64,000 nt of DNA from Marsupella aquatica (Eukaryota; Plantae; Marchantiophyta): NCBI GenBank assembly GCA_973895155.1, contig OZ316894.1, positions 8,642,234 to 8,706,233 of the forward strand, read 5' to 3'. Position 1 is the first letter of the stretch. The number at the start of each line of letters is the position of its first letter. The translations under genes were made by a program, and so were the position numbers. Below the pieces are notes generated by a model. It was given only the letters and a program-made list of their open reading frames with translations, made no database searches and was not told where the DNA came from. Below are positions 24,305 to 38,800 of this stretch, piece after piece.

Positions 24305-27300
24305 AATTACTACCTCTTGTCTATATCATGAGCATACAGGGAGCATACAAGTCTGAGTTAACATAGCAGCTTGGCAGTCCTTTCGTTCATTCAGAATCGC
24401 AACACATGTACAGCTCCTGTTGCTAGAGTGCATATTGCAGAAAGCTCTTGGCTGACTGTGGAAAGCACAGGCAAGGAGGAAGACCTTGGATCCAGTGAGA
24501 AAGAGCAGACCGAGCTTCAAGAGAATACCCAACAGCAGGAACCACAGAGTCCAAAAGGGACGGTAAGTGAAAGGATGTCTGTCAAAACGTATGTCGTCAC
24601 TGTGCTCCTCTTGAAAGGAGATGGCAAGGTGGTATTGTTTCACGTTGCTTTCGTAGTTTGTCAGACTTGGCAGAGCCTCATCAGCATTAACAGCAGCTGT
24701 CCATGAATCTGGCTGGTTGCGTACATAACAGATTATCATTAATTGTCACTTTCGGCCCATCTACATTTCTTTCAGTTACAGCTCTAAAGCCGGTGCTGTA
24801 CTCAATAGGACTACTTTATGTATCTCAATTACATCCGATTTTATGTTCAGTAGCCTCTTAGGGCCTTCAATGTACATTGATTAATCGTTGCCTCACAGAC
24901 ATGTTGCTCAACTCCGATAATTCCATACGGAGTTGTTCTATAGCCAGTCTGATATCGGTCTTTGAAGTGTGCAATATGATCTCTACTAGATTATCCATTA
25001 GTGTTATTGGTCGATTGAGCAATCTTGTGATGTCTTCTGTCGCGGGAGTTTTCTCCAATGCATCTGTATAGAATAGGATTTTTGGCATACAGCGGGGTCA
25101 GATGATAGAGTAGGACCACTAACCCAATCAGTCCTTCCACCATAAAACTTCCCAGAAAGCGCTGTCCTTGTAGGAACTTGTAGTTTAGGGTTTAGGGTTA
25201 AGTGAAGCTATCTTCAAATTCACGCAGGATGGATGCTTTCAATGTCATCAGGTTTTGCAACGTATTCTGTATATTGTGGTAACGTTTAGACACCATGTTG
25301 TGCAGGTTGAACCAGAAAATCAGTAGAATCTAGTGAACCTGTTTTCGCATATGGACGTGCCGTAAGTTTTGTGCAACAATTTCGTTGATCCTAGTTATCG
25401 GAACTCAGACCAAAATGAGATACCGTTACAATGGCACTAACTGGCAACTCGATGGATACAATATTCAACGAAGGATATCGGTCTGGTGAGAATGGACGGA
25501 AAGAGTATCATTCACAGGCTTTAGTATTATGGACCCCTGAAGGTTCGGAATCCTTTTTTCAAGTATTCCCTTGTAATCCACGGGATGAGAACAAGGACAC
25601 TTGTCTTTCTTAAGCTCTTGGTTTCGCCACGATTTTAATGGAAATTAAGGAGCTTAAAGAGCCTTTACATAGGTATCATTTACGGATTAAGGAAATATTG
25701 GGACCAGGGTTCCCTTGCCTAATTGTAGTCTTGTAGTCTACAATCGTCTGACGGGCTAGTTGCAACCGTCTTCACCAGGTGATGAAAACCACGTGAACAA
25801 AAGATCCAAAAGAGCGCTATTGTAAATCCACTAGGCAGACAAAAGGCAGAGACCAAAGGATCATGATTTAGTTACAGACAGTAGGTGGACTGAGAAATTA
25901 CTGGCAGAAAAACAATACTTAGGACGTTGATGGATTGTAGAGTACAGGAATTTAGAAAATTGAGGCTATACGATGGGGTAATTACTTACCCTGTAACTGA
26001 TTTTTGAAATTTTCGAAATGCCAATATACCCTGCCGTAAGATTTAATCTGATTTAGTTTTCATTTCCAGTCTGGGCTTATCGATCATTGCCATGCATAAT
26101 AGCGTCCGACACATTGTACATAAAGTTTTGAATCTCTTACTTGACAACTCGTGAGTCATCATCCTGGAAATTGACCTCATTCTTTTCCAACGTGGTCAAA
26201 ACAGTAATAGATTAAAAGTTGACGAGTTGAAGAGGACTTCATATATTTCCAATTTCTCAATTTAGTTTCAAAAACAGTGAGAACATCAAAAACAATATTC
26301 TCCCCTTTGCAAGCTCACATCTGTTAATCTCACCTAAAGTCATATCATCCAGTGAGCATGGATGTCCACCTCATACGCACGTTGAATTTCCTGAAATGCT
26401 GTGTATGCTTTCTTATCACCTATATTATGTGGGTGATGCGCTTTCAATTGGCAAGCTCTAACTATTGCAAACGGCTGCGTAGACAGTCACGAATACCAAT
26501 GCTTTACATCCCGAATCTTTTCATCAAAATTATGTTCCCAGGAGTGTATTATGGAAACTAGCTCAACACTGTTACATTGCGCAAACTTTTGCTGATGCAA
26601 AATGCAGTTGACGCAAGATTCAGGCAACAAAAAGTGTGAAAGAACACACAGAAGTTGGGTGTGAATGCAATACAGCAAGTGTTATCCATGTGGAATGATT
26701 CCACCACTGGAAATTGTGGGCAGATAATGGTAAAAAAGAAAGCACAAAACTCGGATGTGTGCGTTGCCAGGACAGTTGTCTATGCAAAACATGACCAGCA
26801 TAGAAGGTTGCATGAAGTCCATGTTGTTGACACGGAAGATTGTCCAAGTATGAACTTACAATTCTACTGTGCTTGGGGGTGTCTAGGTTCAAACCTTAGG
26901 CAACTTTGGTGTGGAGCAGACGTTGGCAAGGGTACCGCCTTCTGATATGTTGGCCACCCACCTCCTCACCCACCTCCTTGCCAGTGGGCAAGAGAGACAG
27001 GGGGAGAGCTAAGAAGGTTACATGGAGCCCCTGTTGTTGACAAGGAAGATGATCATTAGCATTCCAAATGTGAGAGGGTCCACCAAACACAAACCTCAGG
27101 GTTTCACTATTTGGAGTCACCCCCATCACGTCACTGTTTCGACTTTTTGCGATACCCATCGATCCTCAACATTACGTAGCTCTAAACCAATCATAAGATG
27201 ACCCCATTTTTAAAATTTTGAGCCCCTCTTGCATGTAAGTTTTTATTAAACCACAACTACTGGTATTTATCATGGGATTTGGCTTCAGGTCACAGTATAC

Positions 27301-29867
27301 TATGGCAATCTGGGACCTGCGCCTCCTGTGAACCATAAAACTTTCACTCATAGTTTCACCTCTACGCCGCTGTTCATGACAATGTGGTCTATGACTCAAA
27401 ATGTAGATCTCAAGGTTTGACAAAAATGCAGAGAAAATGGTTGAATGTTTAATGAGAAATTATGGAAAAAAAAAAACAAATGGGGCGATCCTGTTGTTCA
27501 AAATCAAAATCTAAGCAGTCTGTTCTTTGCTCAGGTGTAAAGGTCTACTCTCACTTTACTTAGTCCATCGAAGGTGTCCATCCAAGCTGAAAGTTCCTCA
27601 AAAACATAGAATGTTTGGTTAATACTAAATAACCTGTCACTAAAGTCACTCTATATCCTAAAACTCATTGAAGCGAATGTGTAGTACGCACTATTTTCCA
27701 TTATGATAATTCTCTTACTGAGTGTATTAGTTTTCCTGTACAAAATTACAAACTAATATTCAATAAATCTTTCCATGAATATAAGCAATTTCGAATTCCA
27801 ATTAGCGAGTCATGTTTATTGAGCCTTATCTACAGCCTCAACCCGGCCCTAGTTCCTTGGAAATATCTCTGATTCATGACACCTCAAACATATTGTACAA
27901 TCACTAAGTCTATAAGTCCTGATGTTTTTGCAGGATCTCAGTAAACTGACAAGAGGTTTTCTGTAAATCCGCTTTCTATTCCAAAAGACATGAGCCAACA
28001 GCACCACGCATTGCCAAAATTGGTCAAACGTCTTAGTTTTGCAATTGTTTTATCAACCAAACGGCCCTCCTGTTGATGTCTTATATATGTCCCTGCGCTT
28101 CTTCAAGTACATACAATATAAGTTTTCCAGATATTTTATCAACCAAGTGGCCATCCTGTTGAAATCTTTCATATGTCCCTGCGCATCTTCGTATGTATCT
28201 CGATAGTAATGTTCATCTCGCTGCAAACGAACAGACAATTGTCGAGGGACTGTCAAACCTCCTAGCTAGGGTCAATGACATGGATGGAACTGAGATGATG
28301 AGCACTCACCCTAATTATAGTAGTGGCTTTGTGTTTTTTTCGATTCTTCTCTCTTTTAGCATGTGACTGTCAGAGTAAATGTTCACTCAAAAGCCAAATT
28401 AAAAACCTTAATACAAGGTCCCTCCACTTTTTACAGTGGTAGTCTTACGAATTTGCAGGGCCCCAAAAAAGTGGGAAGTAAGCAAAACAAAGAGGAGTCA
28501 CAAAGAAATTGGAGGGGATAGAGGCGAAAGGAAGGGGAGTATTAAGGAGGATTTGTCACCCTGCAAATCACCATGCACAGGTCAATTGTCGTAACCTTAC
28601 TCCTGTCCTACAACAAATTGAGTATACTGCTGTTGATACAGTACAGTGGAGGCGAATGTTGTTCTATAGCAAATCACCATGCACAGATCAAAAGTCGTAA
28701 AGCTTACTCCAACAAAGATGTTTTTATGTTTTGGATTGATCCATCCACTCAGGTAAAGAAACCCCTCCTAGAACTACCAGATACTCCTCCCTAGTATGAT
28801 TTCCAAGGTGGAAATTTTCTCCACAGTAAGGAGGGTAGAAATCCTAACCCTTTCAATCCACACGGAAATAAGTCCAAGACTCAATGAAACAGCTAGTAGT
28901 AAGGGCAGAAAGTAGCAACCTTTTGTTGGCATTGAACTGCTCAAGCCCAGGAAAAGAGTGCCGATACCAACAAGTTTCTCTTTAAAGCCGCAGCTTCAGA
29001 TGAAATGAACCGTTGAGAACGTTGGCTTCAAAATTGAAGTAACCGACTTCGCCTAAATCAACTGGCCCCGTGGCCCCAGATGCAGTCTCAAAGTATAGCA
29101 GCTAAATACTGAGGAAACAGATACGCATATTCAAGCATTTGAGGCCAGCTACAATGTCTTTGCCGATATTTAGAGCAGAGCCTCAATCCGATGACAATTA
29201 CTACAATGCAGATGTAGACGTCCCCATACATGTTTGGTCACCTTTTCATGCAGTGCACCACAGGGGGACATTAAATTCTTCGACGGTGGGCATCTTAACT
29301 GTTGCCCTATCCACCGCCGTTCCCTGATTTTGTTGTCGTACAATATGAAAGGAATTACCTCACAAGCCTCTGAATATGGCCAGCATGGAATAGATTGTCG
29401 GAAATAAACAGGAATGTTCGTTGGCATTGGTATTCTCAAATAATCATCAATGGTCGTATTATTAACAAAGTGGAGGATGTCACACTTTCTAGCCATTACA
29501 AAGAATATTCTGTGACCTATGTGGAGTTTTCCACAACACTACTTTCACTAATCTGGGAGGACCGATCCATAAGGACAACCTATGCATTTTGAATATGAAG
29601 TTTTTGGGAACAAAATCTTGAGCGCACCTTATAAAGTTGGCAGCGCAAGTACCTAGTTCCGAAACTCACTAAACTAATCGGAGAGCCCCTACTTGTGCCC
29701 ATCCTGCAGGAATGTTCTTGAGCCTGACGTGTTCACTGTTACAGTCTCTTTATATTACAAAGCTTTATACACGTCAAATGTCTAAGTTCACTTGACAAAT
29801 TAATGGTGCTACATGTTATGATCTCATTTGCGAGCCTGCCGAGAGCTTGAAATTGACTCTGAATGAC

Positions 29868-32800
29868 CTAAGGTCTGTATATCCGCAGTGCCTTCGAGAC
29901 AGCACGCCGACAGAAAGGACAGCGAGTCACTGCGGCCGAACACCTTTGGCAAAGCACATGCCCACAAGGGACCACCATTGTATCCACTTCGTTATTAATA
30001 CACACACGACAGGTCCATGCTGTTCTTGCCCCTTCGGCTTCCTTGAGAGCGGAGTCTGCTCTTTCCTGTTTTGTCGTGTGTCCACATGCCAAATATCAGC
30101 AGATGATTCAAATCGTTGGAATAGTCAATTACAATTAGACATAAGCGTCACTAGTGATGAGCATTTAGAGATCTTTTGTAAAATGAACCGAGTATATAGA
30201 AAGGAGTGACTTATTATACTTTATAGACATATCCTTGCTATACACATGATACGTCTAGAAACAACGTAGCCGGCACAATACAAACCACGTACAACAGCAG
30301 CTCGTCAACATTCAAACAAACTTCTGCACATGGTTCGTTCAATGACCCTTTTTGGAACACAGCTCGAAAAGAAACAAAAGTTTGACCGAAGACCGTTGTT
30401 TAACACTTAATATTGAATGATGTCAACAATACCTGTTCAATTGACAGAGCAGTATCAGCAGCAGCTAGCTGTTCTTGAAGTGCAAGACTGCGTTCCAGGA
30501 GTGCGTGTTGTTCTAAATCAATTGGCATCCCTGCGGCGGCCAGCATATCTTTCACTGCTAGAGCTATCTCAGGGGCTGATACATTTGAAGTCACATTAAT
30601 GGGTACTTGTTCCTGTGGATGAACAGCTTTGTCAGAAAAGTAGATTCCACTTGGAGCTCCTGAGAAGACTCAGAAAGCGAAAAAGCAAATTCACTGAACA
30701 GACAACAGTGAGCTAGCCAAAAATGCTTCGAAACCGAATCTGAACAAACACAATATCCGTAAAGAAAAAATAAATGCTTTAATCACCACCACCGAATCTC
30801 TATTTTCTGCGAAAGATGCAAATTCAGAACTGGACAAAAACTTAGGACTCAGATTAAAGAAATATCAACCTGCAGACTTGGCGCTTTTGAAGAATTAGAC
30901 ACTTGTGCAGGCTGTGAAGACGACACCACTGTTTGACCGTTAATCTTTTCTTTTGTGTCGGAAGGCATTGAAGTGGAGCCTTCTTTAGCATGTTGGGAGT
31001 AAATATCAGTTGCTGTTGTTGCCTTAAATGAAAAAACTTGCGATGACAACAAGATCCGAATTTCTCCCGGTCCTGTCTCCAACTGGAGACGATACAAGGC
31101 TTGCCCAGCTGATGCCCTTACGTCCTCCACAACCCTTCCATACCTCAGCTGTGCCTCGCCATTTTCATCTGATCGCCAAGCAACGATTTCTCCTGCATGG
31201 AATGGCCTCAGAGGATGGCATTGGACTAGTGCTGTATCAGGTCCAATTACATTCATCCCTGGGATGCCACTCTGTTGGATCCTTTCTCTTTCAGTAGCAT
31301 CAGTTTGGCTTGGGCCCAGCCTTAAGACACGCTTTACAGTTCCTTCCATGCCTAGCGGTGAAGTAAGGAGAGGACTTAATGGTAAGCAGCTAGGACTTCC
31401 CAGTAGTCGACTTAAAACAACAGCTAAAAGATCTGTCAGAGTGATATAATCAGGAGGCTCAGCAATGAGTATCCTGTTTTTATCTACAAATTCAAACACT
31501 CTATGGTCACTCTCCACAGTGTCAAAATTTGACGAAGAGGCGTTTGAGGAATGCCTCGTTACATCTATTCTTCTTGGTAGTAACCAAAAGCGCGTGTAAA
31601 GACGACGTACAAACCATAACCCAGCAGCAGCAGAGTGTAAAGTGTTTTCTATTTGTTCCTTGGTTAGTTGTTTGAGTGAAGGAACACTTTGTCCGGCCTC
31701 CTTCACTAGTCCCCAAACGGCTTCAACAAACAGACGGCTACGCAGTTTCTCGGCGACACTCATACGAGAAGTTTGAGCAATAACGTCCACTATCTCCAAG
31801 GACCTTTTTCCATCAAGTTCCTGAAGGACAAGACATGAACACTGGGCCAAGTTAAATACCGTCTAATGATGTCCAGTGCTATGCAGTATAAAGGAATCAT
31901 CCAACAAGAATCTCAAGATTCATCAGAACACTACATCGACAACAATTAGAACAGTAGTGCTCGTCACTTTACCTCAACAACAACTTCAGATAGCTTTCGT
32001 ACTCCCAGCTGTACACACAGAGCTTCTCCCACGAGTGGATGGACAAACTTCATTCTGGATGATTCAATTTCACCCACAAGGTTTGCACCAAGGGTATCCA
32101 CATAGACACAAGCACGGGTATGTATAAGCCTGGCCCCATCATCTGGAACAACGGCGTCATCATCTGTTGTGTAGTGAGCGATGATGTTCATTCGATTGCC
32201 TTTATCGCAGATAAATTGCAAAATTCGCAAAACAGCCCGAAGTTCATTCGGGTTCAGACGTTGATATCCACAAGATTGTTGCAGCTGTCGAAGAAGGTGT
32301 TTCATGCTTTCAAAGCTGGGCGCCTCTTGCATACCCATCTGTCCAAGAACTTGCACATGTGGAAGATATGCACTGGGTAGCTCAAATACAAAAGGAGCAA
32401 GGTCCATATTTATTCGAGCATATAGAGAACTGGCCCTTGCCAGGCGAGTTCCATTGGCTACTGGTATGAAGTGAACTCCTTGCAAAGACTCTTTGTCTGG
32501 AATCAGAAATGCAAGTCTCTCTCAGTATTTGTGCGCATCACCACTACCCTTTAGTCGAGAAGTCAATTGAAATGACAAGCATTATAGCCCTTACTCAACA
32601 CTACTGCCTCTGGTAGAATTATTTCCCGTCCTTCTATACAGTATCTAGATCTCACCTTTGCATCTTTTTGTACAAAGGCCTACTGAATGATTTTCTGTTC
32701 TGCATACCTCAACTACAATAGATATTACGGAACGAGGTTGTAAGGTAGTTTAACCAACATACCCGCATCAGAAAGGCCATCCCAAGCACCGCTGAGGTAC

Positions 32801-35800
32801 TTCAAAACTTCACTGAAGGCATCTTCTACCGACTTCATGCCCTTCCCATTGGGCCACCTCGCAAGAACATCTTCCCCTCCATTTTTTCCAACAATCTGTA
32901 TTGGTTGTCAGAAAAGGTTACTACACATGCTCCTAGAATCTTAAAGAAGCAAGTGAAAAAGGGCCTAGAACCTGTCCGTTGCGTTTAAAACTATATAGAA
33001 CGCTAGCGAATCTCGCGCATGTCTGTAAGTGTAACATTTGCACCATTGTACTGTATAACTCACAACAGAAGAACAGAATCAAAACATATACAGAATGACT
33101 GTTAAAACTATCTTGCTAGGATTTCTCGTACAGACCGTCACCTTCAAATGTTTGAACACCACTGTAAATGGAGGTGGACTCCGCAAGTGCAAGGTACCCC
33201 AAGAAAACTCGGGAGGTACAACCCCTGATCTTGCCAACACAGGTGCGCAAGTCCATGCCAAGGACCAATCTTTCAAAAGAACTGCATCACTGTATGAGGC
33301 GAGAACTCGTTTACCCCGACCTGCTCCTCCACTTAAAATACCCCTCTCAGCTGGGACACATGCAATACGACTAAGAGGATCACAAAAGCTACTGCCATAT
33401 AGTGATGCGAAATTGGAAAGGATAGTCTCTATTAGCATCCCAGCGATGGACCAAGTTTCAGTGGAAACTTCACCAACTCCACTTGAGAACTCCACTTCAA
33501 ATACATCATCCTCCCCAGCATGAACTATGCTCTGCTGCCCAAGTTCCTCAACCTTCTTTGCACATTCAAGGAGCAACCCTGCATCAGCAGCAGAACGCAA
33601 GCCTGCAGCCCGTAGGATATGAAGCCAGCCAGCTGTTGCAAACTGCCCACCTGGAAACCTAGCAGCTTCACCAGCAAACACTCGCTTTAATAGGGGATTC
33701 TCCGGATCGAGAAGTTCCTGTGGAGAGCACAACCGACTCTCCCCACTACTGAGCTGTGTGTTATCACTATTTGTTCGCACGAATTTTGTTTGTTTCAGAG
33801 AAGATATTACAGCATCCTGGTGTTTGAGAGCTTCCCAGTTTGAGTAAAGATATGCTAGGATGCGTTCCTGTTCCCTCTCACTCCATCCATCATATCCAGG
33901 TAGAGCAAATCTTGCCAGAACTTCGTGGTCCGCAAGCTCAGGGATCCCAAGTGCGAGATAAAACGAACCCCCTTCTGACAAGGTGAAATACAGTAGACAA
34001 TGCTCATCGTCCGGCTGCATAAATGCAGTGGGTGGCACAACACAATGTAATCTTTGATCTATCGCCACATAGCCTCCTCTTGCCGTTTTGTATATTGGGA
34101 GAGATCGAAGCATAACTATTTCTTCCAATGTGTAAACTGGGGGAATCACAGAAGAGTCAGATGTGCAAGAAGAAAATAGCGAGAACAGCCCATCACAGTC
34201 AGCGGGCATAAGAGCCAGCTCAGACACAGATAATTGATTAGCTTGTTGAAGAGCGAGCATTTTAGATGCCACGATCTGCCCTAAGGACTGACCCTGTGCA
34301 GGAATGCAGCACTTCAAGACACTGCAGTCCAAAAATCGACGGTCATAAACCGGCATGTTGCAATTGCGAAGCAGAGGCAGCAACCAGGGGTGTACTCTTT
34401 CAATCTCCACAAACGCTCTAGTGCAAGCTTCTGCAACGGTCTCATCATCACCATCACCATCACCATCATCAGTAAAGGTTATCATTAAACTCTCGCCATC
34501 CGATGGAGTACTTGTGCCAGCATCTGCATTACGCTGCTGAGAAATCGGTGGCACAAAAACAAGATTACGCTGTCCTACCCGTGCAAGCACCGAGATAGAC
34601 GTGACTGCTGGAATGAGAGGCCATTGTGCAAACTGATTGAGTTCCTCAGGAGAGGAAGGGTTCACATTCCTCCAGAATGCCTTCAGCCAATCAGATGAAG
34701 GACCTTTCAAGCGTGCACCTGCATCTTGTTCCCATGGGACACAGGGAGCTGCTGTCAAATCGCTACCTCTCACGACCCATTGTTTTGGCAAGACCGATCC
34801 AAGATTCAATGCTAAAAGCTGGTATGAAAATGGTATAACTCGCAGAGTATTTTGATATGAAGAGTGCCCAAATAGCTCAGCCAGAAGGGGTCGCTCAAGA
34901 CAAAGTGGATGCACGAATTTCGACGCCAATACTGGGATCAGACTTTGTTGCTCCTTAGTTCCTACCCAAAGGTCAGTTGAGCCTAACTTCACCATTGAGC
35001 TTGTACCCGTTGGACACTGCAAGCCTATCAATTCATAAGCCTTTGAAAGGACCCCTGATGCTGCTCCTCGATTGTTCGTATCCCCAATAACTCCCCGGCC
35101 AATGTCTGCGATTACTCTCCCAATATCAGCCACAAGACCTGAGGCCTCCGTTCCTGGATCTAAGACCCCAGGAATACCTCTAGTCTCTGCAACAAATTGC
35201 TCTGGCCACCCCAGTCCTTGCCTTAACCGAGAGGAAGAACCGCGTATTGAAGTGACATGTCCAGATTCCACAGTAGAATTGGCACCAGCTTCGCCGCCAC
35301 CTTCAACCAGGCTGTCAGCTGTTGCATCACTGGGAACTGACTCTGGCTCATGGAATGTAATATCTGCACAACAGTATTCCAGAAGATCAACCTGTGTTTT
35401 AACAGACTGGACAGCTGCTGCTACTGATGGAGTCTTCAGTAAAGTCCGCAACATTGTAGGTGTCAACTCCTTCACAGCAACACCTGCTGCTTCCATCTCC
35501 TTCGTCAATTCCCATGGAACAATGAAAACACGATAATGGGCCTTAAGGAAGTCACACACGGTAACGGGGGGCGCGACACCTTGTCGATCCATTCCGGGAG
35601 GAGCAAGGAACATGCCCTCCGAAGCTTTTGCCATTGTTCCACCGTGAAGTTGCCAGACTGGCAACTCTGCAAGGCGAGCATACATGGGTTTAATTAACCA
35701 TTCAGAAATACAGGCCCAATCAATCCCTGCGTAGCGTGAGGCTCCTGCTTTCAATTTTGAAGATGAAGAGAGCAATGCCTTCGATTTAGGCCAGTGAGAG

Positions 35801-38800
35801 TACGCCCTGTCAGCTGGAACCCCATGGGTTCCATCTAGTCCTCGCCCAATAGGTGGTTCAACTCGGGATGTGGATGGATCTTGCCGCAGACGCTGAAGTT
35901 CCAGAAGCAGCTCCACATAGGAGTCACGGACACATCCCATAAGCTCCTTGTTCCATGTCGCCGCCAAATCATCAGAGACTGGGGTGAATGTTGATGACCC
36001 AGATGAAACTACGTCACTGTTTGGGAGACGATGAAAAAGGTGGCGGTGGCCGGAGCGGTGAGACACAATGAAGTGCCCGATTATCGTGACCGGTAGCCCA
36101 AATGCCACTGGCAAAGGTAGAGGTGTCATTACATTGCTCTCAGATGACAAAGGAGGCACTTGACCATTGCGAGTCAAATGAGCTGCTACACCACCAATAG
36201 GGGTAAGGTTACGTGACAGATATTTCCTGAAAAACGTTATCACAAACAAGGAGTTACTCAGATAAACCTTCAACAAACTGAAGAAGGAGAACATGACTTG
36301 GTCCAACATGGGATAATATGAGTGAACGATGGATTGGTCCCAGAAATAGAACTCATTTGAAACATAAAACACAAGAAAGAAGCAAAGACTTCAACCGAAA
36401 GACAATACCTGTCCAATGCAATGTCACGTGTGTGACCTGATCCAAGAGTCTGCACCACAAGCCACTTATCCACTATCTGATTTCCATCTTCTGTTAAAAG
36501 CACATCTAAACTGTGGAGTTTAGAAGCAACGTTGAAACCACCGAAAAGGCTTGTGAGCTGAAACTTCCGCCACTTCTTCTCCTGGAATGGGTTGCGAAGG
36601 GCCACTCTTGCTGGATCCACCCGAACAGAGAAGAGCTCATGTGGTTCAAGTTCCTCGTCATCCCAAGCTGTCAAAGAGACCTGGAGGACCATGGGTATAA
36701 TCACGAAATGCTCGTTACATAAATTTTCCAAAATCATATAATTTCCAAGATATAATTTACAGAAGATACATCCGTTTTACTTAAGACCGTCGACTCACAA
36801 ACCAGAGGAAATCAATGTTTCCCTCGAACGCAATTATAGGACTTTCGAAACGACATGCAACAAATTTACGCAATCTGTAACATCCTTAGGAATGAGAAAA
36901 CTTACATCCTCCACCGAGCTGAGAAAGAGAAGTGTACTAGATACATGAGCCTTGAATTTGTTCAAAATACCAGCAACCTCCTTGTCACCAAACTGCTTAT
37001 CAACACTTTCGGAATCACTGGATGCAGGAGTCGTGCGCAAGGGCATCCTGATGATTGTTGTATCCCTTTGCCTCCATGATATCTTATTACTGACTCCTAG
37101 CGGACGAAACTGGTCTATAAACCTTCGAGGGAGGTCAGTGCCAGAACCTACAAGGACGGAAAAAACCTTGCATAAGGGTACACAAAAACGAGCAATCAAA
37201 TTTTCCCAGGTCTTCAAGCCTGATATAAAATCTCAATCCGGAGAACGTTAAAAGTCGCTGTGCTAAGTGCTTGAACAGGCACTGCCGTCGTTCCTAGTTG
37301 AACTAGAAGAAGATATCTGAGAAGAATGATGCCATCCTCATCTAATGGATTTCGATTCTACCCTTCACTCAAGATATTATCAGACATCCACCTTCTCGAA
37401 AACCCAGATTAAACAACATGCTGTACCTGAGAGGGAGTAGGCCTTGCCCACTGGAGTTCCGGATGCAACAGCTTGCCCATCTGCTAGAGAGGCAGCAAGA
37501 ACTTGTCCAGACGGGTCAAATAGGTACAGACAACCGCTAGATACAATGAAAGGTAGATCAGTCACACTGTATACACTCAAAAGTCCGCTTCCAAAATCAC
37601 AAATCTGGCCCCGCAATTTTGTTGGAGGATAAACTTGTAAATTACAGATTTCATCCGTAGTCAGCGTTGCTCCTTCAAATGCAACTGTCAAAGCAGGACC
37701 TTGAAACTGACCTGAAAAATCCAGTCAGAAATAAGCACGTTTAGTGCTAGATATCCCAAGACAGGTGTAGTAGTTCAGAAGAAACAACCTACATTACCAA
37801 TTCTTGTACATGAGCAGCTTAAACTAAGAGCACGCGTAGACAAACAGCTAAATTAACGACAAAACTACTCACCCAGATTCGGTTGCAGAAGAGATTGTTT
37901 TGGATGCTCCCTCTTGTCATATAATATGTGCACCTTCCGTGCTTTACAGGTGTCAGCTATTTCTAGAAGATCAAACAGCAACAGTTCTTCGTCTCCATAT
38001 CCTGTAAGCACTTCTGATATCACATTTGTTGCAAGACATGGTAGATTGCTAGTCATTTCTTGATCTACTAGTGATAAGTATCGTAGGGACTTTGCACCCA
38101 ACTTTTCAGCCAGATCATTTTCAATGTCTGGGTGTACCAGTCTTCTCATACCAGCCATTCCCAACACACTCTTTGCCAACCAAGGGGCATCATTGTATAC
38201 GAGATCTTTCGCTGGTACTAGGATCCCTGCTATATCTGGTATCAGCACCAACCCCAACAGCTGTTTACTCGCTAGCGATCCCGGAGTCGGTACCATTTCT
38301 CCAAGGGCTTCCAATACTCTCAAGCAAAACGTCAGCTGCTCTTGAGACAGAGCACCACCTTTCACGTCTTGAGCGATTCGCTGAAGTACATCAGCATAGT
38401 CTTGTGCCCCAAATGTCTCTCGAACACCCAAGGTTGTAAGGAGAATCTTATATTCAGCGATCTCCGAGGGAACAATATGCAAGTAAGGATAGAAATGTGC
38501 AGGCGAGTCAAATGCTAGTTCCTTTGGTGACACAAACCCATCCCCAACCCAGACCCACTGAATGCCCTCAAGCATGGATTGGAGTATTAGCATATCTTGC
38601 GATCCAACATACTCCTGCAAAAGCTTATAAATTGATGGAACTTCCTTACCCAAGATTGAGCTTACAGCTGCACTTTCTACTTCTGAGTCGTTTTGTGTTA
38701 CCATGCTTTCAGCTTTTGCAAGAGCAAAACCTCTCGACAGTTCGATAAGTTGTGCTGCTAAAACACTTACATTTGGACGAGCTGACCACCCAAGATTTGC

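Noticed and set aside
24371-24706. Acidic ORF after the lipase stop as an extra coding exon
   Set aside because: The nearest good donor (~24233 gtaagt) is out of phase with the acceptor at 24394, so it is more likely 3' UTR. It cannot be fully excluded without RNA-seq.
25184-25200. TTTAGGG x2 as an interstitial telomere or chromosome-fusion scar
   Set aside because: Only two units, which is common by chance or as a telo-box.
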